A DNA stretch of 64,000 nucleotides from the human T2T-CHM13v2.0 reference genome, Homo sapiens. Position 1 is the first letter of the stretch. Each line of letters opens with the position of its first letter. Location of the stretch: assembly GCF_009914755.1 (NCBI RefSeq), contig NC_060939.1. One strand, written 5' to 3'. Both the position numbers and the translations under genes were made by a program. Below, piece after piece: positions 13,856-27,838 of this stretch. Below the pieces are notes generated by a model. The model worked only from the letters and a program-made list of their open reading frames with translations. It was not told the DNA's origin and did not search any database.

Positions 13856-14892
13856 TAACTCAGTCCTGTATCATCTGGTTTGATACAAGACTAATATTTT
13901 CAAAGAACAGAGCTTCCCAAAATGCCTCAAACTCTACTACATATGTGAAAGTCTGCTTCTGCAAGACATAAAACTAGCTCCATCTGCAGAGGCAAAAATG
14001 CCTCTGTCCTGAAAGAAGGAAGAAAGGGAAGCTTGGAGGGAGGGAGGAAGGCAGGCAGGCACTTCTGCCCAGTGATCTCTAGGAAATATTTCATACCTGG
14101 TGACCAAAGTGGGCCAGGACTCCGCTGTAGCTGTAGATAATGGAAGCGGAAAGAGGTATGAGTTGGGCAGGGGTGGGTGGGAACCTCTGGTACGGATGGT
14201 TTCAGGAGGGCTCCCAGATGAGAATGGCAGTTCAAAGGCAGACGAAATTGTACAGAGAGGAGAAAAACAGTGCCCCCCTGCATCTGTATTGAGCTCTGTG
14301 TTTTCCAGGACACTCTGGGTCCCTGTTCCATCTCTTCCTCCTTCCACACACAGGGATGGTCCGTCCTATGTCACCGCTGCTCCACAGAGGCAAAGGACTG
14401 GCCCAAGATTGCAGAGCAAGTTGGTGGCTGAGTCAGCCAAGGCTTTCACGCCCGGGCCTGCTCCTTGTCAGCCTGCAAGAAACAAGGCTCCCAGAAGGTG
14501 ACTCTGAAGGGAAGATGACATCCTCCCGCCCTGCCCAGGGCACAGGTGATGTTCTTGTGCAGGATCCAGAGAACTCTTGGCATCCGATGGGTTCTCACCA
14601 GGTTCTGGTGAAGTTGGAGGTTCTCTGGCCTCTGAGCGATCTGGAGAGACAAGTCGCAGGGCAGGGCTGCAGGCACCAGCCCCTGAATGCTCCCAGGCTC
14701 ACAAGTCTCCCATCTGTCCCCCAGTGCCCTGGCGTCATTCTTCACCCTCTCACTACCATTTCTCCCTCTCACAAGCTCCCTCACCCTGGGGTCTCCATTC
14801 TCTCATGGGCAAGTGCCAAAGCCCATGTGGGGCCAGTTGGTGCCCCCTCCCTTTCCTCCCATCACAATAAACAAGAACAGGAGGATGCTGGT

Positions 14893-15105
14893 AACAGCTG
14901 ACACCAGCCTCTTCAGATTTCCTATGTTAAAGCCTCAAGCTGCAGCACCTGAGACACGCCCTTATTTGGAGATAGGGTCTTAAAAGGCAATCAAGGGTCT
15001 TAAACAGCTGACACCAGCCTCTTCAGATTTCCTATGTTAAAGTCTCAAGCCGCAGCACCTGAGACACGCCCTTATTTGGAGATAGGGTCTTAAAAGGTAA
15101 TCAAG
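14893..15105 (+). repeat. Tandem duplication, 2 x 103 bp, 3 mismatches
   Basis: Copies at 14893-14995 and 15003-15105, 7-nt spacer ggtctta. Confidence 0.95.
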
Positions 15106-15407
15106 TTAAAATGAGGTCATTAGAGTGAGCTCTAATCCACCACGACGTGTGTGCTCATAACAAGGAAATGTGAAGCCACGGGAAGAACACCATGTGACGA
15201 TCAGAGTCCTGCCGTTGCAGCCAGGAAACTACCAGAAGCAAGGAGAGAGGCTGGAACAGACCCTTCGCCCAGCCCCGGAAGGAAGCAGCCCTGCCAACAC
15301 CTGGATCTCAGACTTCTGAGCCCCAGAACTGTGAGACGATAAACCGCTGCCGGTGAAGCCGCCCAGCCTGTGGTACTTTGTAATAGCCACCCTAGACAAT
15401 TGACACA
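14893..15407 (+). mobile_element. MaLR LTR (MLT1B/C-like) with duplicated 5' part
   Basis: ccttatttggagatagggtctt...caagttaaaatgaggtcattag...ccagaactgtgaga...tgtggtactttgtaatagc. Confidence 0.85.
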
Positions 15408-15409
15408 CC

Positions 15410-15950
15410 CAACCCAGCCACCTGCACCTCCCGCTGCAGCCCAGGTCTGCCCTCTGGAGTCTGGCCAGCCTCCTCACCGCCCACCTCCATGCCTTTGCTG
15501 ATGGGGTTCCCTCTCCCACCCACCCCTGACGGCGTCATTGCAACCCTCAAGGTGGAGCTCAAGGCCCCGTGAAGCAGGTGGCAGCATTCTCTCCTGCCGC
15601 GCTTGACTGTCTCTGTCTAGCCTTTTTCACATCCAGTCTCTGGGCTGTTATGGAATGATTTTACTGAGTGTTAGTCCCGCCTTCCCGTCATGAAAGTAGA
15701 TTCCACAAGGGCAGGGGCTATTTGTATTTCTAACTCTTCTCTTCTATCTCGTAGCACAGCACTGTGGGTGGGCCATAGTAGGTGCTTAATAAATACTGGC
15801 TTGAAACACCTTTCTAGTACACCCTGTAGCATACTCTAAGTCCCCTCCTTTGACTAGGCTGGAAACTCCTTGAAGGCAGCAACTATCCATCATCTGTATC
15901 TATGCCCCTGCATCTTGCGTAGCAAGAAGTAACAAATACATGCTGCATGG
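15410..15950 (+). mobile_element. L2 fragments including two 3' ends
   Basis: tagattccacaagggcagggg...catagtaggtgcttaataaatact; gactaggctggaaactccttgaaggcag. Confidence 0.65.
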
Positions 15951-15989
15951 GTAACATGAACATGTGGTAACGTTACCATGCAACAAGGA

Positions 15990-16165
15990 CCCTGTAAGGG
16001 TTTCAGGGGATCCATGAACCCAATGAACCCATGAACTCAATGCAAAGGACTTTGTGTGTTGGTATGTTTATATAGGTACTATGCATTTTCCCAGGGACAG
16101 TGTCCATGGGCCTCTTTGAGCAACTAAAAGCCAGGACTCAAACAATGTGGAGCACCAATGCCATG
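15990..16165 (+). mobile_element. MER103C-like hAT relic
   Basis: ggtttcaggggatccatgaacc...tatgcattttcccagggacagtgtccat. Confidence 0.55.
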
Positions 16166-16169
16166 GAGG

Positions 16170-16540
16170 AGGGAACTGACATTTACTCAACCCCCACTCT
16201 GTGCCTGGTGAGTGCAGGTGTTACTACTGCCATTTTACATGAATGAAAACTGAGGTTCAGAGAGGTAAAGCCTTGCCTAGGTTCGTGAAGAGACAAGCAG
16301 CCTGCCCAAGCCATCCAAGTGCAGAGACTCTGGAGCCAGACAGCCTGGATTCAAATCCAAGTTCTGCCACTTTCCAGATGTGTGATCTTGGGCAAATTAC
16401 AGAAGCTCTATGACTCAGTTTCCCCATCTGTCAAATGAGAGAAATAAGGATACCTTCCTCATAGGGCTGTTGGGAGCAGTAGATGGATCAGCGTATGTAA
16501 AGTGATCAGAATGGTGCCTGGCATGTGGCAGGTGCTGGGA
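16170..16540. mobile_element. Divergent MIR pair (16170-16290 minus; 16320-16540 plus)
   Basis: aaactgaggttcagagaggtaa; gactctggagccagacagcctggattcaaatcc...cagtttccccatctgtcaaatg. Confidence 0.85.
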
Positions 16541-18469
16541 AGATGATGAAGATAAAGAGGAAGAAGCTGGCAGTGGCAGAGCAAGGATCAAACCCAGAGC
16601 CCTGTGATTCTGTGTCATTACTACCAGCACCTAGGGTGCCACACATCCCATCTCCCTGCCAGAACTCTCCTGTCCCCTCCTAGAAGTCTTTCATCCTGAA
16701 AGTGGCTTTTTGAGCTTGATTTCCTGGTGGACCGTCCTAGGGTCACCTGGCCAGAAGGTAGTACCCAGTGGTTACATAAGGAGTAAGTCGGAAGGTATAA
16801 ACTGCCCTTGCCAGTCAGCAAGACTGGGCCTCCTGTGCAATCAGGACGCTTAGCACTTCTGCCCTGCTCTTCATTTTCCAAGAGCTTTGCCACCGTTCAC
16901 TAATGGAAATTAGAAAGGAAATGTGCTCGTCCATTCCTGGATCTCTGCGCTGACGTCCAAACTCCCTTCATAATTTCCCTGAGTCCATCACTGGGCCCTG
17001 AGCTTGCGCGGGCCGCTTACATCTGTCCCTGAGGCTTTGTGAGTCCCGTGTCCTGCCCCTGGTCTCATTTCGCACTACTCCATACAGACAGAGCAGCAGC
17101 AGGAAAGCCTTAGTACTGATCTCACATCTACACCTGGGTCTCAGTTACCCCATCCCAGGTGAGGTACTGACCAAGGCCTCATCCTAGCTCAGTCCTCTGC
17201 CCTGCCCCTGAGGAACGGCCTTTTAGGTGAACTGCTTTGTATCTTTCCTACAAAACCATCACTACCGAACCCATTGGAGGGTACATTTTTCATTCATTCT
17301 TGTAATGCAATTAGAATTGAGTTTCTCCAGCATTGGGGGAGATGTAACAACAGTAGGAGAAAATTGTCATTTTATTCCCAACATCAACACACCCACTCTG
17401 CCCAAATTTTCCCTCTGGTGCGAACTCTCTCTACCCACTCGAATGGCAAAGAGAATACTAACAAGGAAAATTGCTCTCCAAATGAAGAGGCAGAAGCTTT
17501 GGGGGTGGAATCTCTTCTCAGTCATTAAACGAGGGCCTCCCAGCTCCTCTGACACTCTCCTACAGTAGAGGGAACCTTCTAAGGCCCACTGGAAAGTCCA
17601 CTGGCCCCATGTCACTGGGTCAGAGGTGAGTGGGGAAAGAGTCCCTTAGAACCCAACAGGGACCCTACGATCATCCTCCCAGAGAGATTAAGTGTCTTGC
17701 CCAAAGCCCCATAGCTAGGAAGCCCAGATCTACAGGCTCCTGCTCCGGGGTGCCTCCACTGCACCACACTGCTCTTCTCCCAGAGGGCCTGCAGCTGCCA
17801 GCAACTCAGCTCTTGTCTTTCTTAGGGGACACTAAGGCCTGCATTTTCTGAGCTGCTCTAAGCAAATAGGAAAAGAGGCAATGTTTGTCTTTCATGCACC
17901 CACCTCTTCTCCAATGTCCCCCAAATCCTTTTTGGAAATCCTCCCAGCTCCCGGAACCACTTCCTCATGGTCCATCTCATCTTTGCCCCCATCCTTTTCT
18001 TACTGTGGTTTTGACATCCAACAACTCAGCCTTCCTTCCTCCCTTTCCCATTTCCACCCATCCAACTGTCCATCTACATACCCATCCATCTCTCCTTCCA
18101 TCCAGCAAAGCTGTCTTGAGCACCTGCACATCTTAACCCTGTGCCAGGCACCCAGCACTTCTTCTCCCTTGCTTCTCAGAGTGCCCACTCCAGAAGGAGC
18201 CACTTCTCCCCTATCCCCCATCAAGGCCTTGAACTCACGCACTTCCATCCACCCTGTAAGGAGGTTGATCTGATGGCCCAACCCTTGCTACTGTATTTGC
18301 ACCAAACTCATTATTCCTCCTGAGCACTGGCAGCAGGCAGGGACTTCTGGAGCCATCTGGCTGAGGACTGCTGCCTAGGGGCCGTGGATATCAGCCCCAC
18401 CTCCCCTCCCCTCCCCTCCTTTTGCCTCTCCTCCCTTCCCCACTGAGGGCAGAACAGCAGCAGCCCCTA

Positions 18470-18619
<150 letters not shown>

Positions 18620-19189
18620 TCACTCCCATTTAGAATGATATTTGTGTTAAGCTATATTGAGGATGCCATTCAATAATTACTTTAAAATGCATGGCGACTT
18701 CAAATATGAAGGAACACAATAAAAAAATCAATAGTGGGATTTGGGCTGTTGTGATGCAGAATGTATTACTAACATGGCACTTACTAAACCTGCTGACTTT
18801 TCCCCAGTCACTTCTAAATAGAAGGGCTGCAGAAGATACTTTCTGGAGTGACATTGTGGAGGGCAACCATGAACTTCTCCTTAGTTCCTTAAAACACCCA
18901 GATTCTGGGCTTGAAGAGCCCACGGGGTGACCTGGATAGGAGTCAGGCCCTGAGGGTTTCTGTGCCCGCCCTGTCCCACCCCTCTAACAAGCCAGACTGC
19001 TCACAGCCCCCTGAGTATTGGTCCCCCCACTTGAAGAACTGAGGCAGAGTCAGCAAAAGGACCCTTTGAGTCCAACTCAGTCCCGGAGAGTAGATTAATC
19101 TCCCCCACACCAAAAATAACACCTCCGGGAGAGGAGCCTCGCATGCCATCCCTGGGAAGGCCCTGAACTGACCCTTCACCCTGCAAAGG

Positions 19190-19810
19190 AAGAAGCTGAG
19201 GCCCATGGAGCTGCAGCACTGGGAGTCAGACATGTGGGTTCCAGACCTTACGCTGACACAAGTGTTAAGGCTTAGCCCCACGCCAGAGGGACTATGATCA
19301 ACATCTCATTCCATTCCCTGGGGCAGGCACCATTACTATCCCCCTTTATTTTATTTCTTTCTCTTTTAGAGCTTTTATTCTATTTTTTTATGTTCCCCTC
19401 AACTCCCCACCCTTTGTTTTATGAATAAGAAAACTAAAATTAGTGAAGTTAGTGACCAGCACAGCTAATCAGGGTCAGAGCCAGGATTCAAACCTAGCTC
19501 ACTCCAATTTCAAAGCTGCTAGGCTTAACCTACTGCCCTCTACCAGGTTTCACAGGGTAGATTCTGGCCTTACAGACGGCCACAGTGAAGGAGTAAGTAA
19601 AAAGAAATACTGAGTCCTTAGAAGGAAATCAAAATGGGGTATTCATAGGCAAAGCCCCTTCTTCACACGGACAGTCAAAGTGGAAGAGATTTGAAGTGGC
19701 TACTAGAGACTAGAGAGAGGAAGTGACCTGCCCAAGGTCATGGAGTGGAACTTGGACCCAACCCCAAGTCCTTGGGCCTTGAAGCCAGACCTCTTTCCAC
19801 TTTTCCATCA
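19190..19810. mobile_element. MIR fragments
   Basis: gggagtcagacatgtgggttcca; gtcagagccaggattcaaacctag; aagtgacctgcccaaggtca. Confidence 0.65.
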
Positions 19811-20789
19811 GCACCCAAGGGGAGCTTGCCCTGTGGACTCTTCCTCAGCAGCACAGCAGCAGGGTCTGGTCATCAGAGACGCCTATAGGCTGCGTTCCAT
19901 GGAGGGCCAGGCCAGCTTGGGAAGAGAGTCCTGTAATACAGGCTGGGACAACCCTCCCACACCTTAAAGCCCTCACTTCATAACAAATGACAGTGCAGAA
20001 CTCTGGGGAAATCTGTGATATTTGGGAATGTCGTAAGCTAAGGTCATTCAACTTTGTCAAAAACCCATAATGGAAGGAAAGCTGGCCTCAAAGTAAAGCT
20101 ACTTCCCTAGCACAGAAGGCAGCTCCCGACAGTTTCAGGGGTTGTATAAGCCTCTCAGGTAAAGAATAACTCAGAATCGACTCAGAGGTCATCCAGCCTG
20201 TTCTCCCCAGCAAACAGGATTATCCCCAAGCCCCGCAATGGGGGGTGGTCTGGGCATCATTAACGCCCCTCAGGAAAGAGTTGCCACCCAATTGTTTCTA
20301 GCTCACCCATCTTTGTTTGTCCCTGTGCAGGTTGGAAAGCAAGAGAGGGAAGCAAGGCCAGGTGCCAGGCTGCTCTCAGGGGAAGGATGCTGGGTTAAAA
20401 CATGCCATTCCAAACCAAAGCTGACGGAGGGTGCAAGCTGTTAGCATGCACACTCTAGGTCATCAGGAAAGCTGCAAGGCAACTTAATAATTTAGCAAAA
20501 TAATTCATGTTCTAGGAATACAGCCTATTTTAATAAGCAGCCACCACCTCAGTGGTGATGGATGGCAGCCCTAGCCTCCAAGTACCCAAAAGGGCCATAC
20601 CCCTGAGCAAACTTGGCTCTCCCACTGGGTCTGCCAGGGCTTTGGGAGGAGCAGCACTACTATTTCTGCCTCTGTCTTTGACCAGGGCCGCAAGCAGCCA
20701 ACTCTGGCAAAATTGGTGGGGTGAAAGAGAGCATTTAGTCCCACCTCCTCATTCCACAGTCAAATGCTAGAGGAAGGGGATGCAGTAAT

Positions 20790-21770
<981 letters not shown>

Positions 21771-22157
21771 ATGTCTCACAGCCAGTTAGTAGCAAAACCT
21801 CAAAGAAAACCAGGACTTCGGCTTCTCAGCACAGAACGAGTTTTCTCATCTATGTTGCCGCCCAGCATGATTCCTGAATTATCCTCAAAGAGGAACTGGG
21901 CTCATAGGAGAAAGCAAAGGAGAAATCTGGAATCAACAGATATTCAGCAACTAGGAAAAGGGCCCACCCTGGGGTCTCTCCCTTACTACCTTATTTACCC
22001 TTCAACAGCTAGTCTCTCACCCTTCAAATAGTGTCGCTTCACATGTGGCTAATATCTCACACTTTCCTCCATTTTCCCCTGTATTTTTCAAAGTAATTTT
22101 CACACTCCTGACCTCCGTGGACACTGCAGGGTAGGTAGAACAAGGTTTATTAAGGCT

Positions 22158-22189
<32 letters not shown>

Positions 22190-22476
22190 TGAGAGAGAGT
22201 CTCGCTCTGTCGCCCAGGCTGGAGTGCAGTGGCATGATCTCGGCTCACTGCAAGCTCCACCTGAATGGCGGAGTTCATGCCATTCTCTTGCCTCAGCCTC
22301 CCTAGTAGCTGGGACTACAGGCGCCCACCACCACGCCCGGCTAATTTTTTGTATTTTTAGTAGAGACGGGGTTTCACTGTGTTAGCCAGGATGATCTCGT
22401 TCTCCTGACCTTGTGATACGCCCACCTCGGCCTCCCAAAGTGCTGGGATTTCAGGCGTGAGCCACCGTGCCTGGCC
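22158..22476 (-). mobile_element. AluY with (TTTTG)n tail
   Basis: actgcaagctcc, gccattctc and gtgttagccaggatg are AluY diagnostics; ends gagccaccgtgcctggcc. Confidence 0.93.
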
Positions 22477-22774
22477 AGATTATTAAGTTTGATGAGTACA
22501 CTGGGAATCCCAAAATAAAGTGTCTTTCCCAGGGTCATCCCTTAAAGCATGTTGTTTCTTCCTTCCTCTTGCCTTTCCCTGAGTGACATGATAACATATA
22601 ATCTGCAGGAGGGCTGCAGACAAGGGTACAAGACTGCCATGTGCAGTTGTTCATGTTGAGCACTGCTAAGGAAAGCCTGGTCAAGGTGCCGAGAGGTTGC
22701 TGAATTCTAGCCTGCACTCTGTTCTTCAAGCCAGATGCCCTGATATGGGGCTACATCTGCTCAGGGCAGGGGGC

Positions 22775-23170
22775 TGTCTTAGGTTGGGTTTTCCCCCAAA
22801 GGCAGACCCTAAGAAAAGGATTCAAGAACAAGTAGTTTATTTTGGAGGCAATCCTAGGAAGTACCGGTAGGAGGATGGAAAAGTGAGACAGGGAAGTAAA
22901 GGCAGCCAATCTATGGTATATTATTGAGCAGGTTACTTCTACGGCAACTGGGGTTCCATCACTGGAGACTTCTAGGATACATGTAGAACATGGCTAAGAG
23001 ATGTTCCTGCCATCCCAAGTGTGAGGAAGTTGGGGTAGTTATCCACCACCTCCCCATCTCCCCATCCCTGGTTGAGGGATGCCCTCAAGAGCATTAACTC
23101 TCCAGCACTGCTGGCCTGTACTACCCGCAAGCTCTTTTGGCCAGAAAGAAGCCATCAGCAGAGCATCTTG
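22775..23170 (-). mobile_element. ERVL-class solo LTR (LTR33/LTR41-like), sense to MEGF11
   Basis: Plus strand tgtcttaggttgggtttt...gcagaccctaagaaaaggattcaag...agtagtttatt is the reverse complement of the ERVL LTR end AATAAACTACTTG...CCCAACCTAAGACA. Confidence 0.7.
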
Positions 23171-23291
23171 GGTGTTCAGAGTGGAGGCGCGTGACAACAT
23201 CTGCTCCAGCGGCCTTTTTCTAACTTGCACAGAGGCAAGCCCTGAGAGCCCAGTGCCTTTTCCCTGCCCCATCATCTGAGAGAGGTACTCA

Positions 23292-23603
<312 letters not shown>

Positions 23604-23779
23604 TTACTGACCTTTGGCCCAGATCATTTTCTAAAATTCGAGTTCATTTGTTCATTTAACAGAGAATGAATAAAGAAGCGGGGGGTAGTTTTATTCTGTG
23701 TGGCTCTGGAAGGCAGAGCCAACAAGTTTAAAAATATGTGATTGTTCATATCTTTATGGTTTTCAAAGAACATGCTTGG

Positions 23780-24030
23780 AAGCTGGTCTTTGCAGCAACT
23801 CTGTGAAGTAAGTGGCCCCATTTTATAGAGGAAGAAACTAAGGTTCAGAGAAAAGTGACTTGCCCAGCTCACACTGCACTATCAATAGGTGCTAACATTT
23901 ATCGAGCACCCTGTGTCAAGTGTTTCAATACGTTTCATTCCTCACAATCTTAGGCAGGTGGAATTGTTCTCACTTTACAGACCAGGAAACTGAGCATCAG
24001 GGGGCATAAGTGGCTTCCACAAGCTCCCCC
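23780..24030 (-). mobile_element. Two MIR fragments
   Basis: ccccattttatagaggaagaaactaaggttcagag; cactttacagaccaggaaactgag. Confidence 0.8.
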
Positions 24031-24829
24031 AGTTACCTTTTACTCTATTCTGCCTCTAGTATAGCTGGGGGTACATTGAGGATATGTCCCTGATAGAATT
24101 GGTTTTTGTCATCCTGCCTGTTAGCTGTAAACCTGGACCAGCAGGTGGAAGCCACAGGGAAGCAGATCTCAGCTTAACCAAAATAAGCCTTTCTACCTGC
24201 TGGCCCCTGGCAGGGGTTGCATGAAGTGTCATTCAAGCCAGGATGCTGAAGTGAGGACTCATGTTTCCTAAGCAGGCTGGAGAGAGGACCTCAGCTGAGA
24301 TCTAAGGAATTAATTTCTATGTAGGCTGGTATTATTCAGTGTTTTTCCCAGAAGGCTCACTGACCTGGGCCAGATGGCCGGGTCCAGGCTGTAAAGCACG
24401 TCTGCCTTGCCTGAGGAAACTGCATTGGTTACCTTGCAAGGGGGCTGGGCAGGCCAGCTCCCCAAGTGGGTCCACGGTAGGCTCTCTGATGCCTGAAAGG
24501 TCAAAGGTCTGGCATCCAGAAGGAGGAGGCCAAAAGCAGTCAACAATGCTCAGAGGCCTGGGTGGTGGGAAATTCTGTTTCTCTGAAGCACTGGGGATGT
24601 AAGGAGGGCTCTCGGTGTGCCCCCACCAGCTGGCACACCTGAGATATGCCTCAGAGGCACACATCTAGGAAAAAAACAGCCCAAACCCTGTTTTAGCTCC
24701 AGGCTTGGGGAAACTGAGGCAACTCGAGCCTCACTCCAGCCACCCAGAGTCCTCTTCCAGCTCTGGGATCGCATGAATCTTTGCTCCAGCACATCTCCTG
24801 AATGCCTCACTTAGAGCAAGAGGATGAAT

Positions 24830-25100
24830 GGGGAGCGTGCACGGGCCCTGGAATCCAAACACGGAGGCAGTAGGAGGGCGAGTTTGAAGCCTGTTGCCTT
24901 TTAGCAGCATGCTCTTAGATGTGTTGTTTGACTCATATAAGCCTCTGTCTCCTCACCTGTAAGTCTAACCAGGTTGTGTGGTTACTGTGAGGATTAAAGG
25001 AGGGCAGTAATATTCTCTATCTCTCAGGGCAGTGGGAAAATAAAACGAGATACACTATACACGTAACATGCTTAAACAGTAAGTGTTTAATAGATGTTGA
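24830..25100 (+). mobile_element. MIR
   Basis: gcctctgtctcctcacctgtaa...gtgaggattaaa...cagtaagtgtttaatagatgtt. Confidence 0.65.
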
Positions 25101-25439
25101 CAGGCAATGATTCACTTCCCGTGCTAGGCACTGAAGGATCTTTCCTCCCTGACCAAGGTGGGGAGAGAGGGAGCAAGACCAACACACAGAATGGATTCCC
25201 CACCTTTGTTAAGCACTTTGGGGTCCAGCCTCCCTTTTCAGCCCTAACATAGACCTTGGATGCCCAGAGAGAAGCCCAGCAGAGGGCTGGAGGGGGCAGT
25301 CACAGGGCAGGGACCAGGCTTTGCAAGATGCCCTGGGCCGAACGAGTCTGGCAACCAGGCCTCGTACCAACTCCAAGTTCTCTGACCCGAAGTATGTACC
25401 CCTGGTTTCATGGCTGGGTGGCTTAACACTGCTCATTTG

Positions 25440-25570
25440 CTAACATGCTAATGAGGGGCCAGATTAATCTTGGACGGCCAGGCTTTACTAGCCGGGAGAG
25501 GTCTTTACACTGGGTTTTATGGTGGAGGGGCATAATTAATGAGGAGCCGCCAGAAGCACTAATCCAGCTG
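25440..25570. promoter_or_regulatory. Candidate intronic enhancer (POU4F/OTX-CRX motif cluster)
   Basis: ATGCTAAT 25445, AGATTAATCT 25461, GCATAATTAATGAG 25530, CTAATCC 25559, in non-repeat DNA. Motif evidence only. Confidence 0.4.
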
Positions 25571-26239
25571 AGAAATTCTCCCTAAGTGGTCTCCAGGGAC
25601 CGGGGTGTGTTTCTGGAACAACACAGGCTAGATCCCTCCACATATAACTTACAATGGAGCTCAGCTGGAAAGACTGAGAAGAAGAAAGCACCTGGTGTCA
25701 CCAGGCATCGCCCACAAGCCTTCCCCCTTGGGGCCGGAGAAGCCCAGAGAGTCCCCAGACCTCATTCCAGCTGTTAGGTTTCACTCCTTGTCTTCCCATC
25801 CAGGCTGTAACCCTGGCTGATAGCCTAAGAAGCCTGAAATGCCAGCTCAGTTCAGCTCAGTTCAGAATATTTTCACATTCCAAATGTATTCATGTTGGGC
25901 AGGTGTACAAAATTAGTGAGTACAAATGGGGCTCAGACAGAGAGAGAAGTCAGAGGGGGCCCTCCCTGTGGGGGACGCTCCCTGGAAGAGAGGGACTCTG
26001 GATAGAGCCACTAGGGCAGGCAGAGGTGAGCAGCTGCAAAGGAGGCACTCGAGGGGCTGTGAGGCAGCAGAGACAGTAGCAGGAAGCAGCTGTGTCTTAA
26101 CAGGACCAGAGGGATGAAAGGGGTCCTCTGAGGCTGGAGTCCAAAACCCACAGAATAACGTGGGGCTCTTCCCGATACCTCTCTGACCCACTGGGAAATA
26201 AAGGTTTAAATTCACCAAAGCCAGAACGGGCAAGGGGCC

Positions 26240-26370
26240 TGAGTAACCTCAGAATCACGTAGAAAGCTTATGAAAAATGCAATATTGAATCAGCATCTCC
26301 GGGATAGGCCCCAGGAGACTTTTTCGAATGCACCTCCCGTGAGTCTGATGTGCACTAAGGTCCATGATAA
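26240..26370 (+). mobile_element. MER5-type MITE fragment
   Basis: tcagaatcac...tgaatcagcatctccggg...ctcccgtgagtctgatgtgcac. Confidence 0.6.
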
Positions 26371-26409
26371 CCAGTTCCTGCAAAGCCACAGTTGTCAACA
26401 AGAAAAGAC

Positions 26410-26600
26410 AGTAACTGACGCTTATGGCCCTCAAAGCACTTTTGTGAAACGGCTGCCCTTGATCCTCCAATGAGCCTGTGAGGCAAGGATAATGATTCTC
26501 CCCACTTTACAGAGGTGGAAGTAGGCTCAGAGCCGTTCAGAGACTTCCCCAGAGTCACACAGCTTAGAGGTGGAAAAATCCAGATTGGAATGAACTGAGG
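26410..26600 (-). mobile_element. MIR
   Basis: tccccactttacagaggtggaagtaggctcagag...ccagagtcacacagct. Confidence 0.8.
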
Positions 26601-27697
26601 TCTTCTCATCACGGATCTTGTTTTCTTCCCACTTCACCAAAAAGGGACACACCACAGTACTGCCTTTTGCTCCATCCTCAACTTTGTTGGGACACCACAC
26701 ACAGGATCTGGTCTCCAGGGATCACACAAGTGCAGGCACTGTCCCTCTGCCTCCCAGCTGATCCTTCCTGACCCACAAGTGTCCAGGCTACCCCAGAGCC
26801 AGGTCCTGCCTGGCTGAGGTGCCTTTCCCTGCCCTAGGGCTGGGCTATCCACCCTCATGGGCATGAAGCACGGACCCCCGCTCCGAGTCCCCCGCCTTTC
26901 TTCTTCTACCATTCACTTCTCCCATAGGGCCCTCATCTTAATTTTATTCATTTGATTTATTAACATGTAAGTGGCAGAGTCATCCTGGTCAGCATGGCCA
27001 ATCAATTCCGGGGTTTAATTCGGTTTTTTCCTGATTGGGTCTCTGGTCACTGTCTTTCTGCTCACCAAAGTCAATACTTTAACCTTGTGCTTCAAAGTCA
27101 GGCCGTCTGCAGGGACCCGGCCCATTCCCCCAGGACCTAGCGCCGCAGCTGGAATGCAGCCCGCTCTTCCGCTGCAGCTTCGGCCACCCTTCCCCAGCAA
27201 CACCCTGCCCCCACCAGACTGGAAGTAGTAGGACCCCCTCACCGTTCCCCTCAGGGCAGGCTGCTGGGGCCACACATCCAAGCTGCCACGGGGCTGCCAG
27301 TCCTGGGAGACCAGGAAAGGCATCACAGCATCAGAGAGCATGCCACCTGGGACCAAAGTCCGCATCCCCCCACTTACTGCACCCCATCTGGCTGTGGACA
27401 GGGACTGAGCCCCTCTGTGTCTCTACTTTCTCATCTGTGCAATGGCTGGGAAGTGCTAGTGCAGGGAGGGGTAGGACAGTGCATCGTAACTGAAGTTAAT
27501 GTGAGTTGCCTCCACCCTGACCTTCCAGACAGAATCTACACATCTCTGTCCTGTCTCTCAGCATGTGGGCCATCTCCCCAGCCAGGCTGCAGACCCTTAG
27601 AGGGCAGCTCCTGGATCTCCTGACTGCCTCTGTCCCCTACTGCCATGCCCAGGGCGATCCCCCAGAGAGTGCCTGGCCATCTGAGGCCCACACCTTA

Positions 27698-27838
<141 letters not shown>

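Noticed and set aside
14893-15105. Direct repeats as a CRISPR-like array
   Set aside because: Only two long copies of LTR sequence in a mammalian intron; no repeat-spacer structure.
17010-17110. Possible cryptic minus-strand exon ending GAT|gtaagc
   Set aside because: No good upstream acceptor and no EGF-like or MEGF11-like translation.
25276-25292. CTCF-like CCAGCAGAGGGC (and a weaker one near 32960)
   Set aside because: Mismatches at core or flank positions; cannot be supported without a PWM score or ChIP data.
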